Counted from the stretch's first letter, positions 36,401-46,689 are shown. The stretch is 47,865 nucleotides of DNA from Undibacterium sp. (GCA_025359635.1 JANYFV010000196.1:1-47865), one strand, 5' to 3'. Numbers and translations: made by a program. The notes: generated by a model from the sequence alone, not told the origin.

Positions 36401-37414
36401 TTATATATTAGTATTTTCTTGGATGGTTGTATGATCTTTCTGACTACGTTTCTTCAGGCGAAATGCAATTAGAGTATTGAATTTTTGCGTGATTTTCTCA
36501 ACAAAAGTTAATTCTTTTTGCGGCTGAACTTTAGTAGACAAGGCCTTTTGTACAGCGAAAACGCTTTGTGGTCTCTCTAGCGGATCCATTTTCAAACACC
36601 AGCGCACCACCTCAATCAAGTCTGGCGAATACAAACCTTCCAGCTTACGGAAATGGTTTTCCATTTTATCCATGGTTTTACGCTGATCTGATGGCTGCGG
36701 CGGCGCTCCTACCATACAGGCAAAAATCGAGGCGCCAATACTGTAGATGTCAGTCCAAGGGCCAAGGTTTCCATTCTTCAAATACAATTCCGGAGCTGCA
36801 AAGCCTGGCGTGTACATAGGATAAAGTTTAGGCAAATCTGTTTTCAATGTTTGGCGCGCAGCACCAAAATCTAGCAGAATTGGCGTGCCATCGAGGCGCA
36901 AATAAATGTTCGCAGGTTTTAAATCCAGATGAAGCAATTTATTCGTGTGCACTTCACGTAAGCCGTTCATCACCTGACTGAACATTCTGCGAATGAAGCG
37001 CTCGGAAACCAAAGGCTTTTCACCTTTATCGCGGCGGCGCAAAATATGTTCCTGCAACGATCGGCCCGACTCGTAAGCCATCACCATATACACTGTTTCG
37101 TTCGCGCGAAAAAAATTAATGACGCTGACAACATTGGGATGAGCGATACGCGCTAGCGCCCGCCCTTCCTCAAAAAAACACTTTAAGCCGATACGATAAA
37201 CCGGCAGGTTTTCAGAGGAAATAGATGGCACCAATTCACCCTGCTGGCGCAAAGCCAGAGAACTAGGCAAATATTCTTTAATCGCGACAGCGTTTCCGTC
37301 TTCGTCAGAAGCCAGATAAACGATACTAAACCCACCGGATGCAATTTTCTTTACAATACGGTATCCAGAAATTTCTAAGCCATCAGGCAAAGGTGCGTTA
37401 TTTTGTGCGGCCAT
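36401..37414 (-). CDS. Hanks-type Ser/Thr protein kinase
   Basis: Motifs ASGGFSIVY, AIKE, HLDLKPANI, DFG, AAPE, DIYSIG. Confidence 0.94.
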   Translation of the reverse strand: MAAQNNAPLPDGLEISGYRIVKKIASGGFSIVYLASDEDGNAVAIKEYLPSSLALRQQGELVPSISSENLPVYRIGLKCFFEEGRALARIAHPNVVSVINFFRANETVYMVMAYESGRSLQEHILRRRDKGEKPLVSERFIRRMFSQVMNGLREVHTNKLLHLDLKPANIYLRLDGTPILLDFGAARQTLKTDLPKLYPMYTPGFAAPELYLKNGNLGPWTDIYSIGASIFACMVGAPPQPSDQRKTMDKMENHFRKLEGLYSPDLIEVVRWCLKMDPLERPQSVFAVQKALSTKVQPQKELTFVEKITQKFNTLIAFRLKKRSQKDHTTIQENTNI

Positions 37415-37570
37415 ATCATCCTATATCCATCTGTATAGATAGATTGTGTTGATTATTTGAGCGTTTGTAAAGACACACCTCATCGCATCAGCGGCAACAA
37501 AGTGATTTAATGTCTTTTTTTATTAAAATTATTAATTTCTACTATCGTAACAGCATACCAAGGAAATCCA

Positions 37571-38488
37571 TTGAGCATTTATAGCATGACTGGCTTTGCC
37601 ACCAGCACAGTAGAAACTGATGCTGGAACAATAACGACTGAAATCAAGAGTGTCAATTCTCGTTTTCTTGATCTTCAGTTTCGTATTAATGATGATTTTC
37701 GATCGATAGAGCCACTTTTTAGAGACGCGATTGCGCGCAAACTTTTTAGGGGTAAAGTTGAATGTCGCTTTAGCTTTGGCAAGAAAACCAGCAACGTAAA
37801 TAGCAAAGCGCTCAACGCTGTCACTCTTGCGCAAATCGCACAATTTCAGACTGAGATCAGTCAACAGTTTCCTTCGGCAGCGCCATTAAGTAGCAATGAA
37901 ATCCTGCGCTGGCCTGGAGTCATTGAAGAATCTGAAATCAACGCCGATTCACTCCAAGCCACAATTACCGCAACGATCAACGCAACCTTAGAGGCCTTTC
38001 TCATCAGCCGAGAGCGTGAAGGCACTGCATTAGAATTAGAGTTGACCAGTCGTATCAGTGGAATGGAAGGCATCGTTCAACGCATTACTCCCATGATGCC
38101 TTTAGTTGTTCAGCAATTTCAACAAAAAGCCACGACTAGGCTAGAAGAAGCGTTAGGCCTGGCGATGCAAAAAGCTAACCAAAACAACTCGCAAACAATT
38201 ACTCGCGATGAAGCGCTAGACAGAATCCGGCAAGAAGTCACCATGTACGGAATTCGTATTGATGTCACAGAAGAACTTGGACGCTTGTCTGCGCACCTGA
38301 CGGAAACTCGTCACATCCTCAAAAAAGGTGGGCAAGTCGGAAAGCGTCTAGATTTTATGATGCAAGAGTTAAATCGGGAGGCGAATACTCTGGGATCGAA
38401 GGCAGCTATCAAAGAATTAGCCGATGCGTCGATGGAATTGAAATTACTTATTGAGCAGATGCGCGAGCAAGTACAAAATCTTGAATAG
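37571..38488 (+). CDS. yicC: YicC/YloC-family endoribonuclease
   Basis: Motifs SMTGF, EIKSVNSRFLD, RGKVEC, GKRLDFMMQELNREANTLGSK, IEQMREQVQNLE; TTG start after AAGGA. Confidence 0.95.
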   Translation: MSIYSMTGFATSTVETDAGTITTEIKSVNSRFLDLQFRINDDFRSIEPLFRDAIARKLFRGKVECRFSFGKKTSNVNSKALNAVTLAQIAQFQTEISQQFPSAAPLSSNEILRWPGVIEESEINADSLQATITATINATLEAFLISREREGTALELELTSRISGMEGIVQRITPMMPLVVQQFQQKATTRLEEALGLAMQKANQNNSQTITRDEALDRIRQEVTMYGIRIDVTEELGRLSAHLTETRHILKKGGQVGKRLDFMMQELNREANTLGSKAAIKELADASMELKLLIEQMREQVQNLE

Positions 38489-38494
38489 AAGCAA

Positions 38495-38530
38495 CATTTA
38501 AAATATACTGAGCGAAGTATATTTTAAATG
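38495..38530. repeat. Perfect 15-bp AT-rich inverted repeat after yicC
   Basis: CATTTAAAATATACT-GAGCGA-AGTATATTTTAAATG. Confidence 0.8.
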
Positions 38531-38622
38531 CAATACGTGCAACTAATTACTAAAGTTCATGTGAAATTTTTCAACACTTCCTTTTTTTATCAAAGACTTG
38601 TAAGTTTCGACTAGAGAAAATT

Positions 38623-39270
38623 ATGCGAACAACAACATCTACTGCCGGCAGTTTGTTTATGGTTGCGGCGCCCTCAGGTGCTGGTAAATCGACTTTGGTC
38701 AATGCCCTACTCCAGCTAGAACCTGCCATCAAATTATCGGTTTCTTTCACAACCAGAGCACCTCGCCCGGGAGAAGAAAACGGGCGAGAGTATCACTTTA
38801 CAACAGTTGAAGACTTTCTATTGCGTAAAGCACAAGGCGAATTTTTAGAATCTGCCGAAGTACATGGTAATTTCTACGGCACCTCCAGGATTCTTATTGA
38901 ACAACAAATGCAAGCAGGCACCGATATTTTGCTGGAAATTGACTGGCAAGGAGTGCAACAAGTCAAAAAACGCTTCCCGAATGCAGTTGGTATATTTATA
39001 CTCCCGCCGTCAATCCAGGTGCTAGAAGATCGCTTAAACAAGCGCGGACAAGATGAACCTCAGGTCATTACCAGACGAATTCTTGCCGCTGGAGGTGAAA
39101 TCGCGCACGCTCCTGAGTTCGAATATGTTATTATTAATCAAGAGTTTGCGATAGCATTGTCAGAATTGAACGCTATCGTTAAAGCCACACGCTGCCGACT
39201 TGCGCAGCAAGCGATGCGCAATGCAGCGCTGTTTGCCCTTTTGGGCATTCATGCTAACCCTACAACTTAA
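38623..39270 (+). CDS. gmk: Guanylate kinase
   Basis: Motifs [29 protein letters not shown]. Confidence 0.97.
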   Translation: MRTTTSTAGSLFMVAAPSGAGKSTLVNALLQLEPAIKLSVSFTTRAPRPGEENGREYHFTTVEDFLLRKAQGEFLESAEVHGNFYGTSRILIEQQMQAGTDILLEIDWQGVQQVKKRFPNAVGIFILPPSIQVLEDRLNKRGQDEPQVITRRILAAGGEIAHAPEFEYVIINQEFAIALSELNAIVKATRCRLAQQAMRNAALFALLGIHANPTT

Positions 39271-39279
39271 GGAAATAAA

Positions 39280-39483
39280 ATGGCACGTATTACTATCGAA
39301 GACGCACTAAAACACATCCCAAATCGTTTTCAACTGACTTTGTGCGCTACTTACCGCGCGCGTCAGTTGTTACAAGGTCATACCCCAAAGGTGGATGCCA
39401 AGGACAAACCAACAGTCATCGCATTACGTGAAATTGCTGAAGGCAAAATCGGTATTGAAATGCTGAAAAAAGTCCCGTTTTAA
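39280..39483 (+). CDS. rpoZ: RNA polymerase omega subunit
   Basis: [10 protein letters not shown]...NRFQL...RARQL...[11 protein letters not shown]; gmk-rpoZ-spoT synteny. Confidence 0.97.
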   Translation: MARITIEDALKHIPNRFQLTLCATYRARQLLQGHTPKVDAKDKPTVIALREIAEGKIGIEMLKKVPF

Positions 39484-39527
39484 TTCTGCGCAGCGCTACA
39501 CCGTGAAACGGCTGGGGACCAGACAGA

Positions 39528-41801
39528 ATGAATCTTACCAACAACCATTCTGCTCTCCCTGCCAATTCTGAAAAATCAGTTTTACGCCCCACTACGCCTC
39601 AAAAAAAGAAGTCCTTCGCAACACACTCTGCAAAAGAAATACCGCCAGTAATTAGCGTTGCCTCCATCACGGATCTGACCACGACACTTTCCGAATACCT
39701 TTCTATCAGTGACCTCAAATTGGTCAAAGATGCGTATCGATTTTCCGATGAAATGCATCTAGGTCAAGTTCGAAAATCCGGTGAACCTTACATCTCTCAT
39801 CCGATCGCTGTTGCAGAAATTTGCGCGGAATGGAAGCTTGACGTGCAAGCCATCATGGCGGCACTCTTGCATGACGTCATGGAGGATCAAGATGTCACCA
39901 AAGAAGAACTGATAGAACGCTTTGGTGCGCCTGTCGCCGCGATGGTTGATGGCTTATCTAAACTGGAGAAAATAGAATTTCAGAGTCACATAGAGGCGCA
40001 GGCTGAAAATTTCCGGAAGATGTTATTAGCGATGGCGCGTGACGTACGCGTTATCTTAGTCAAACTCGCTGATCGCTTGCACAATATGCGTACGCTGGGG
40101 GCGATGTCACCAGAAAAACAGCGCCGCATTGCCAGCGAGACGATGGAAGTTTATGTGCCTATCGCTCACCGCCTTGGCTTGAATAATATCTACCGTGAGT
40201 TGCAAGATCTGGCCTTTGCACACACCTATCCTATGCGCTACCGGACACTCGCAAAAGCAGTGAAATCTGCCAGAGGCAACCGCCGTGAAGTCGTCAACAA
40301 GATTATGCAAAATGTCACGGCGTCGCTCACTGATGCGGGAATTAATGCGCAGGTTTTTGGCCGTGAAAAAACGCTGTACGGCATCTATTGCAAAATGCGA
40401 GACAAACAACTGAGCTTTTCGCAAGTGCTAGATGTGTATGGATTTCGTGTGGTTGTTGAGAATCTTCAAAATAGCTATTTTGCACTTGGCACCTTGCATG
40501 CCTTGTACAAACCTATGCCTGGAAAATTCAAAGACTACATCGCCATTCCCAAGTCCAATGGCTATCAGTCTCTGCATACTACATTGATTGGCCCGTATGG
40601 TACCCCAGTAGAATTTCAGATACGCACCCAAGACATGCATCACGTCGCAGAATCTGGTGTTGCTGCACATTGGCTCTACAAGAATGAAGAAGGGTCGCTG
40701 ACCGATTTGCAGCAACGCACGCATGCCTGGCTACAATCCTTGCTCGACATACAAAAACAAACGGGTGATTCTGCAGAGTTTCTTGAACATGTCAAGATTG
40801 ATCTATTCCCAGATTCTGTGTATGTATTCACACCAAAGTCGAAAATTATCGCGTTGCCAAGGGGCGCGACCGCTTTAGATTTTGCCTACACAATTCATAC
40901 CGACATTGGTGATCAGGCCATTGCCACAAGGATTAATAACGAACCTGTACCTTTACGCTCCGAGTTGAAAAATGGCGATATCATTGAGATTATTACCTCA
41001 CCTAATTCACGCCCCACGCCAAATTGGTTAAGCTATGTTCGCACGGGTAAAGCGCGATCTGCGATCCGACATTATTTACGCACAATCAATCTCAACGAAT
41101 CAGTAGAATTAGGCAAGCAATTGCTCGCGCAGGCATTGGTTGCAGTGCATCTCAATCCAGAATTACCCGATTCATTGGTCGACAAACTTCTCAATGAATC
41201 TAGTGCAAATTCACTGGAAGAAATACATACGGATATCGGCATAGGCAAGCGCATGGCGGCCTTAGTCGCAAGACATATTCTCGATCTGGTTGAAGATGAT
41301 TCACCGTCTATCCCGTTTCAACTTTTTGACGGTGACTTGAATAACAAACCCGATCCAGTCATTATTTATGGCAGTGAAGGTGTCTCGGTTCAACTAGCCC
41401 CATGCTGTCTTGCGATACCAGGCGATAGCGTCATTGGCCAACTCAAACGCGACCAGGGCTTAATCGTGCATAGGGACGATTGCAGCAATGCCAGACGCAT
41501 GCAAGTGAAAGAACCGGATCGTTGGATCGACGTGAGTTGGGGCGAAGATTTAAACCGCCGATTTGATTGCCGCATCACCGTGATGGTCAACAATCAACGC
41601 GGCGCTCTTGCCCGTATCGCAGCCGAAATCGGTGAATCAGATGTCAATATCAGCCACGTCAGCATGGAAGATGGTCAAGCGAACGATATGACCAATATTC
41701 ACTTCACAATACAAATTGAAAATCGCACACACTTAGCGAGATTAATACGCAACGTTAAACATTTAACTGGTGTCATCAAAATCTGGCGCGAACACCTGTA
41801 A
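39528..41801 (+). CDS. spoT: Bifunctional (p)ppGpp synthetase/hydrolase SpoT
   Basis: Intact HD domain (LHDVMED); synthetase motifs KDYIAIPKSNGYQSLHT and EFQIRT; TGS and ACT domains. Confidence 0.96.
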   Translation: MNLTNNHSALPANSEKSVLRPTTPQKKKSFATHSAKEIPPVISVASITDLTTTLSEYLSISDLKLVKDAYRFSDEMHLGQVRKSGEPYISHPIAVAEICAEWKLDVQAIMAALLHDVMEDQDVTKEELIERFGAPVAAMVDGLSKLEKIEFQSHIEAQAENFRKMLLAMARDVRVILVKLADRLHNMRTLGAMSPEKQRRIASETMEVYVPIAHRLGLNNIYRELQDLAFAHTYPMRYRTLAKAVKSARGNRREVVNKIMQNVTASLTDAGINAQVFGREKTLYGIYCKMRDKQLSFSQVLDVYGFRVVVENLQNSYFALGTLHALYKPMPGKFKDYIAIPKSNGYQSLHTTLIGPYGTPVEFQIRTQDMHHVAESGVAAHWLYKNEEGSLTDLQQRTHAWLQSLLDIQKQTGDSAEFLEHVKIDLFPDSVYVFTPKSKIIALPRGATALDFAYTIHTDIGDQAIATRINNEPVPLRSELKNGDIIEIITSPNSRPTPNWLSYVRTGKARSAIRHYLRTINLNESVELGKQLLAQALVAVHLNPELPDSLVDKLLNESSANSLEEIHTDIGIGKRMAALVARHILDLVEDDSPSIPFQLFDGDLNNKPDPVIIYGSEGVSVQLAPCCLAIPGDSVIGQLKRDQGLIVHRDDCSNARRMQVKEPDRWIDVSWGEDLNRRFDCRITVMVNNQRGALARIAAEIGESDVNISHVSMEDGQANDMTNIHFTIQIENRTHLARLIRNVKHLTGVIKIWREHL

Positions 41802-41813
41802 TCATCAACCAAT

Positions 41814-41847
41814 AGATAAAAAGCGAGTATAGGCTCGCTTTTTATCT
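41814..41847. terminator. Bidirectional intrinsic terminator between spoT and the DUF3422 gene
   Basis: AGATAAAAAGCGAG-TATAGG-CTCGCTTTTTATCT, a perfect 14-bp inverted repeat. Confidence 0.85.
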
Positions 41848-41865
41848 TCAAAAATACATCATGTA

Positions 41866-43224
41866 TCAATGATGTATTTTCTGATGCACTCTTCGCAAGC
41901 CAAACCAAACAGCACCAGCAATAATTGGAATTAACAATCCTGTCACTAGCTCAGGATTTATCTGCACACCAACCGCCTTCAAGCCTTTCCCTGCGTACTG
42001 GAACAAGCCAGCAACGTAATATGTAATCGCGGCGACCGACAAGCCTTCAACCGCCTGTTGCAAACGTAATTGTTGTGCTGCCCGGGTATTCATCGATTGT
42101 AAAATCTTTCGATTTTGCTGCTCTTGTACGATTCCTACTCTGGTACGTAACAAATCATTGGTATGGGCAATGCGATCAGCCAGCGCCTCTTGACGACGCA
42201 CAATCGCTTCGCAAGTATTCATTGCTGGCGCAAGGCGTCGCTCCATGAATTCACCGATAGTAGGCACGCCTTCGATTCTAAGCTCACGCAACTCCTCTAT
42301 GCGAGATTGCACCAATCTAAAATAGGCTTTCGACGCAGAGAAACGATAATTATTCTCCATAGACAATTTCTCGATGCGTGCTGCAAGATCAATAATTTGT
42401 CGTAATAAAATTTGCTCCGAATCGGTCTCATCATCCTGCGCGACATCGGCTGCGAGACCTCTGCTCAACGTCATCGCGGCGGTTAACCTGACTAATTCAT
42501 TCTCTATGGCAGCCAACACTGGCGCGGCTTTTTGCGCGTGCGGCAAGCCCAACAAGGCCATCATTCTGTAGGTTTCAATCTCAAGCAAACGCTGCACAAT
42601 ACGACCTGCCTGCTGATCCAGAAAATCCTCATCCTTAACAATAAAACGGCTAAAGCCATCCGCCTGAATTAAAAAATCTGTCCATACCTCGCCCCTTTGC
42701 AAAACCTGGCTACCGACCAAGACACTGCCTTCCAAAATTTGGCGGATTGGTGAAGGCGTATCGCCAATGGCATTGCCATTTTTGATCAAAACGACATGCG
42801 CAGCCACCATAATTTTTCCGCGCAAATCTAGCAACCACTGCTCTGGCAAATGCCCGATAGGTACACGAGTCAACGCTTGCGCAGCACCGTGGCCAGAGAC
42901 TACTTCGCCATTTTCATTTTCGACAAAAGTATAGGTGGCAAATTCAGTATGGCATTCCCACTTCAGGCGAAAGCGGCCAAAATCATGAAAGAAATACTTC
43001 GCTTCTCCACCTGGACATGCCACACCAAAATAGGTGCAGAATGACGCTAAAATTTCTTGCTGAAGTTGAACATTGTCAGTATCGGCATTGCTGTCACTTT
43101 TAGCATACACTGCCAAGTGTGTGATTGCTTCTGGCGCCCGAAGACGTAGTGAAGGCCGTGAATGGATTTCTGCGGCAAGCGGGATCCGCAAAGGATGATT
43201 TAACTGCGCGTAAGAGATACTCAT
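41866..43224 (-). CDS. DUF3422-family membrane-anchored protein
   Basis: Motifs HPLR...EIHSRP, LKWECHTEF, GRIVQRLLEIETYRMMALLGLP, RRLAPAM, QLRLQQAVEGLSVAAITYY; two C-terminal TM segments. Confidence 0.85.
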   Translation of the reverse strand: MSISYAQLNHPLRIPLAAEIHSRPSLRLRAPEAITHLAVYAKSDSNADTDNVQLQQEILASFCTYFGVACPGGEAKYFFHDFGRFRLKWECHTEFATYTFVENENGEVVSGHGAAQALTRVPIGHLPEQWLLDLRGKIMVAAHVVLIKNGNAIGDTPSPIRQILEGSVLVGSQVLQRGEVWTDFLIQADGFSRFIVKDEDFLDQQAGRIVQRLLEIETYRMMALLGLPHAQKAAPVLAAIENELVRLTAAMTLSRGLAADVAQDDETDSEQILLRQIIDLAARIEKLSMENNYRFSASKAYFRLVQSRIEELRELRIEGVPTIGEFMERRLAPAMNTCEAIVRRQEALADRIAHTNDLLRTRVGIVQEQQNRKILQSMNTRAAQQLRLQQAVEGLSVAAITYYVAGLFQYAGKGLKAVGVQINPELVTGLLIPIIAGAVWFGLRRVHQKIHH

Positions 43225-43273
43225 TTTTCATAAGATTAAAGTTTAAAAATTTCTTTGCAAAATTCGGCAGAGT

Positions 43274-43822
43274 TCATTCCGGGTAATCAACGCTTAAGAT
43301 CGTCAATTCATCTTCCCCGGCAGGTGTTTTCAACACCACGCTGTCGCCTGCTTTTGCCTTGATCAACGCCCGTGCAACTGGCGAAATCCAACTAATCTTG
43401 CCCTTCAGCGGATCAAACTCATCAACGCCGACAATGGTGACCGTAACGCTTTCACCGGACTGGTTTTCATATACAACTGTCGCCCCAAAAAATATTTGAT
43501 CAGAGCCAAAATGCACGCGAGGATCAAACACTTCTGCGATATCAAGCCGTTTAGTTAAAAAATAGATACGCCGGTCGATTTCCCTCAAGCGACGCTTTCC
43601 ATAAATGTAATCACCATTTTCTGAGCGATCACCATTAGACGCTGCCCAATGAACAATATTCACTACTTCTGGCCGGTCTACATCAATCAAATGCAATAAT
43701 TCGGTCTTCATACTTAGATGACCAGCTGGTGTCATATAATTTTTGACGCCAACAGGAATCGTAGGAGCGGCGACATCCTGATCATCATCTTGCTCGACTT
43801 CTTTAACAAATGCTTTATTCAT
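43274..43822 (-). CDS. greB: Transcription elongation factor GreB
   Basis: Motifs WAASNGDRSENGDYIYGKRRLREIDRRI and ISWISPVARAL. Start placed at MNKAFVKE (43822). Confidence 0.95.
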   Translation of the reverse strand: MNKAFVKEVEQDDDQDVAAPTIPVGVKNYMTPAGHLSMKTELLHLIDVDRPEVVNIVHWAASNGDRSENGDYIYGKRRLREIDRRIYFLTKRLDIAEVFDPRVHFGSDQIFFGATVVYENQSGESVTVTIVGVDEFDPLKGKISWISPVARALIKAKAGDSVVLKTPAGEDELTILSVDYPE

Positions 43823-44050
43823 CATGCCATTGTAACGGACTTGCTCAATCACGGCTTTCTCGTAGGATCGCCTCTAAGAAAATTCAAAAAATAGTACATC
43901 TAAACAACACCAAGAACCTGGAAACATCACATCATGCAACAAATAATTAAGCTGATGTCATTACACAAACACCACTTCCCTTATAGAATACTAAGCTAGT
44001 AAGCTCACAAAGATAGCAATTTCAAATTTACATCAAATCAAGGCAAATGC

Positions 44051-44698
44051 ATGACTGACAATGCAACAATCAAGTTACTTATCGTCGACGACCATGCAGT
44101 AGTTCGTGAAGGGCTTAAACAAATAATTAGCGTGACGCAAGACATGGCGGTCGTCGGTGAAGCAGAAAGCGGCTTGGACGCCATTAGATTATCGCGCCAA
44201 CTTGAGTATCATATTATGTTGCTAGAAATAGCCTTGCCAGATCGCAATGGCATAGAAGTTCTCAAGCAAATAAAAAAAGAATCACCACAAGTGTCAGTGA
44301 TTATGTTTTCTGGGCATCGTGAAGATCAGTATGCAATCAGAGCATTAAAATCGGGCGCATCTGGCTATCTCAACAAACAATGTTCTACAGCACAGATTAT
44401 TAACGCGATCAAGCAAGTGGCATCAGGACTTAAATATATCAGCCCTGCGCTTGCTCAAGAGATGGCCAACAACCTCAATCAGGAATTTGAAGGGCAGCTA
44501 CATAAAACTTTATCCGACCGCGAATTTCAAACATTAACCATGATCGCCTCAGGAAAAAGCGTTAGCGACATCGCCAAAGAACTCTCACTTTCAGTTAAGA
44601 CCATTAGTGAATACCGAGCCAGGTTATTGTTTAAAATGAAACTTAGACACAACGCAGAACTTACGCATTATGCGATTAAAAATGAATTGGTAGAATAA
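44051..44698 (+). CDS. NarL/FixJ-family response regulator (REC + LuxR HTH) with an atypical acceptor site
   Basis: IVDDHAVVREG, MLLEIALP (Glu where Asp is expected), GASGYLNK, LSDREFQ...LSVKTISEYR. Confidence 0.93.
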   Translation: MTDNATIKLLIVDDHAVVREGLKQIISVTQDMAVVGEAESGLDAIRLSRQLEYHIMLLEIALPDRNGIEVLKQIKKESPQVSVIMFSGHREDQYAIRALKSGASGYLNKQCSTAQIINAIKQVASGLKYISPALAQEMANNLNQEFEGQLHKTLSDREFQTLTMIASGKSVSDIAKELSLSVKTISEYRARLLFKMKLRHNAELTHYAIKNELVE

Positions 44699-44787
44699 TG
44701 TGCATGCTGTGGCCAATTAATGCCAAAATTCATATTTAGAACTACCGAAAAATATGCTTTAGTCTCAATGCCAGCCGAAAGAGTGTC

Positions 44788-46437
44788 ATGTCTACCACGC
44801 CAAGCAAATCGCAATTCAAAACTCCCACAGACATAGCACGGGAAACTTTCCGCCGTTTAGCAATTGAGCGCATAGCACCTACACCTGAGGCATATCGAAA
44901 GCTATATATTGATATCTCTGGCGTACCGGATGAAGAAGCGAAAATTCAATTAGAAGCAGCTATCGCAGCCAAAGAAGTAACGCCATCAGAAGCAGAAAAT
45001 TTACTCAGCGGCTTTGCCGATAGTCTGAAACGATCCACTGGTGAATTGGCGAATTTTGGTCATCGATTTAGCCGCGCGATTAAAACTGCCAACTGGGATG
45101 ATTACAGCAAAGGCTTAACGCAGCTTGCAGAAAAAATATCCATCGTCCCGCCGGCAAATTCCATCAGCCTGGTTGATGATGCGCCAACAGTTACCGCCAA
45201 AATATCACTGGTAGACGAGCATGCAGGACCAGATCCCCGCCCTACCATTCTCAAAGATCTACTCTATCGCACGCTAACTTTAGCCTTAAGCTCCCTACTT
45301 AAACCTACACCAGAACTAGCCAATGAAGCTGATGCCATAGGGGCAGCAGTAAAAGTGGCCGACTCTGAGGTAGCGCTCAACAATATTTCCACACGCATCA
45401 AACAATTGTGCTTTCAGATCGAGCTAAAAAGTGGCGACACTGCAGAACAACAAGAACTATTGTTACGTCTGTTTGCCCTTCTATTAGAGAATGTTCATGA
45501 ACTATTAGATGACGACAACTGGCTACGTGGTCAGATCGAGGTCGTGCAAAACCTGATCGCCGGCCCAATTGATCACCGCGCACTGCAAGAAGCGACGCGC
45601 AGCCTTAAAGACGTCATCTACAAACAAGGAATCTTAAAACACAGCATCGACGAATCGAAGAGCTCTGTCAAAAAAATGATGGCGACGTTTATTGATCGCC
45701 TGGATGTAATGACGACTAGTACCAATACCTATCAAAACAAGATGGACGAGTATTCACAAAAAATTAGCCAGACCCAAAATACAGGCGAAGTGAATCAACT
45801 CATCAGTGCAATTCTGGATGAAACCCGCACAGTGCAAAAAGAGACCATACGCTCACATGACATCATGCTCACGGCGCAAAAAGAAGTCAAAGAAGCTGAA
45901 GACCGTATAAAAGAACTCGAAGCGAAGCTGGCGCATATGAGCGAGTTGGTCAGAGAAGATCAACTCACCGGCAGCCTCAACCGGCGCGGACTCGATGATG
46001 TTTTCGAACGTGAAGCAGATCGCGCTGACCGCCGCGGTACACCACTCTGTGCTGCCATGCTCGATTTAGATAATTTCAAAAAACTCAATGATACTCACGG
46101 CCACGCAACAGGTGACGTCGCATTGGTTCATTTGGTACGTATTGTCAAACAAACCCTGCGCTCAATTGATGTGATTGCCCGTTACGGTGGCGAAGAATTT
46201 TTAATCGTCATGCCGGAAACCACGCTAGAAGAAGCAACGCAAGCCATGTCCCGGGTACAACGCGAACTCACCACACATTTTTTTACGTCGAATGATCAAC
46301 GCTTGTTTATCACCTTTAGTGCAGGAGTGGCCTTGCGTGCACCACGTGAATCACAAGACGCGTTTGTGAAGCGGGCGGATAAGGCTATGTATGAAGCGAA
46401 GAAGAGTGGTAAGAATCGGGTTGTGAAGGCAGCGTAA
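44788..46437 (+). CDS. Diguanylate cyclase (coiled-coil N-terminus + GGDEF domain)
   Basis: Motifs DQLTGSLNRR, DLDNFKKLNDTHGH, I-site RSID, RYGGEEF, ADKAMYEAK. Confidence 0.94.
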   Translation: MSTTPSKSQFKTPTDIARETFRRLAIERIAPTPEAYRKLYIDISGVPDEEAKIQLEAAIAAKEVTPSEAENLLSGFADSLKRSTGELANFGHRFSRAIKTANWDDYSKGLTQLAEKISIVPPANSISLVDDAPTVTAKISLVDEHAGPDPRPTILKDLLYRTLTLALSSLLKPTPELANEADAIGAAVKVADSEVALNNISTRIKQLCFQIELKSGDTAEQQELLLRLFALLLENVHELLDDDNWLRGQIEVVQNLIAGPIDHRALQEATRSLKDVIYKQGILKHSIDESKSSVKKMMATFIDRLDVMTTSTNTYQNKMDEYSQKISQTQNTGEVNQLISAILDETRTVQKETIRSHDIMLTAQKEVKEAEDRIKELEAKLAHMSELVREDQLTGSLNRRGLDDVFEREADRADRRGTPLCAAMLDLDNFKKLNDTHGHATGDVALVHLVRIVKQTLRSIDVIARYGGEEFLIVMPETTLEEATQAMSRVQRELTTHFFTSNDQRLFITFSAGVALRAPRESQDAFVKRADKAMYEAKKSGKNRVVKAA

Positions 46438-46662
46438 GAAGTGCGACTTAAAATATCATCAATTACAAGATTGCTGGCTCCAATGTGCTTAATAACAATG
46501 CGACTATTCAAATTAATTCCTCGAAAGCCGGTATAAGTAGCAATAGCAATTAATGACAATCACTTTTTTGAAGTTAAATAAAAATCAATTTTTACAGTGA
46601 AATTGAGCAAAACTCCTTAAAGCGGGACATCAAAACCAAGAAAAATAAAGCTAATTTCACCC

Positions 46663-46689
46663 TAAAGTATTTAAAATATTTGTCGAAGA
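46663..46689 (+). promoter_or_regulatory. Putative sigma28 promoter 1 of flagellin
   Basis: TAAA-N15-GTCGAAGA against the consensus TAAA-N15-GCCGATAA. Confidence 0.55.

Noticed and set aside
37532-37864. 110-aa minus-strand ORF
   Set aside because: Antisense to yicC, with no motif.
44720-44781. Sigma28-like -10 boxes (ACCGAAAA, GCCGAAAG) before the GGDEF gene
   Set aside because: Neither has TAAA at the 15-nt spacing, so support is too weak.
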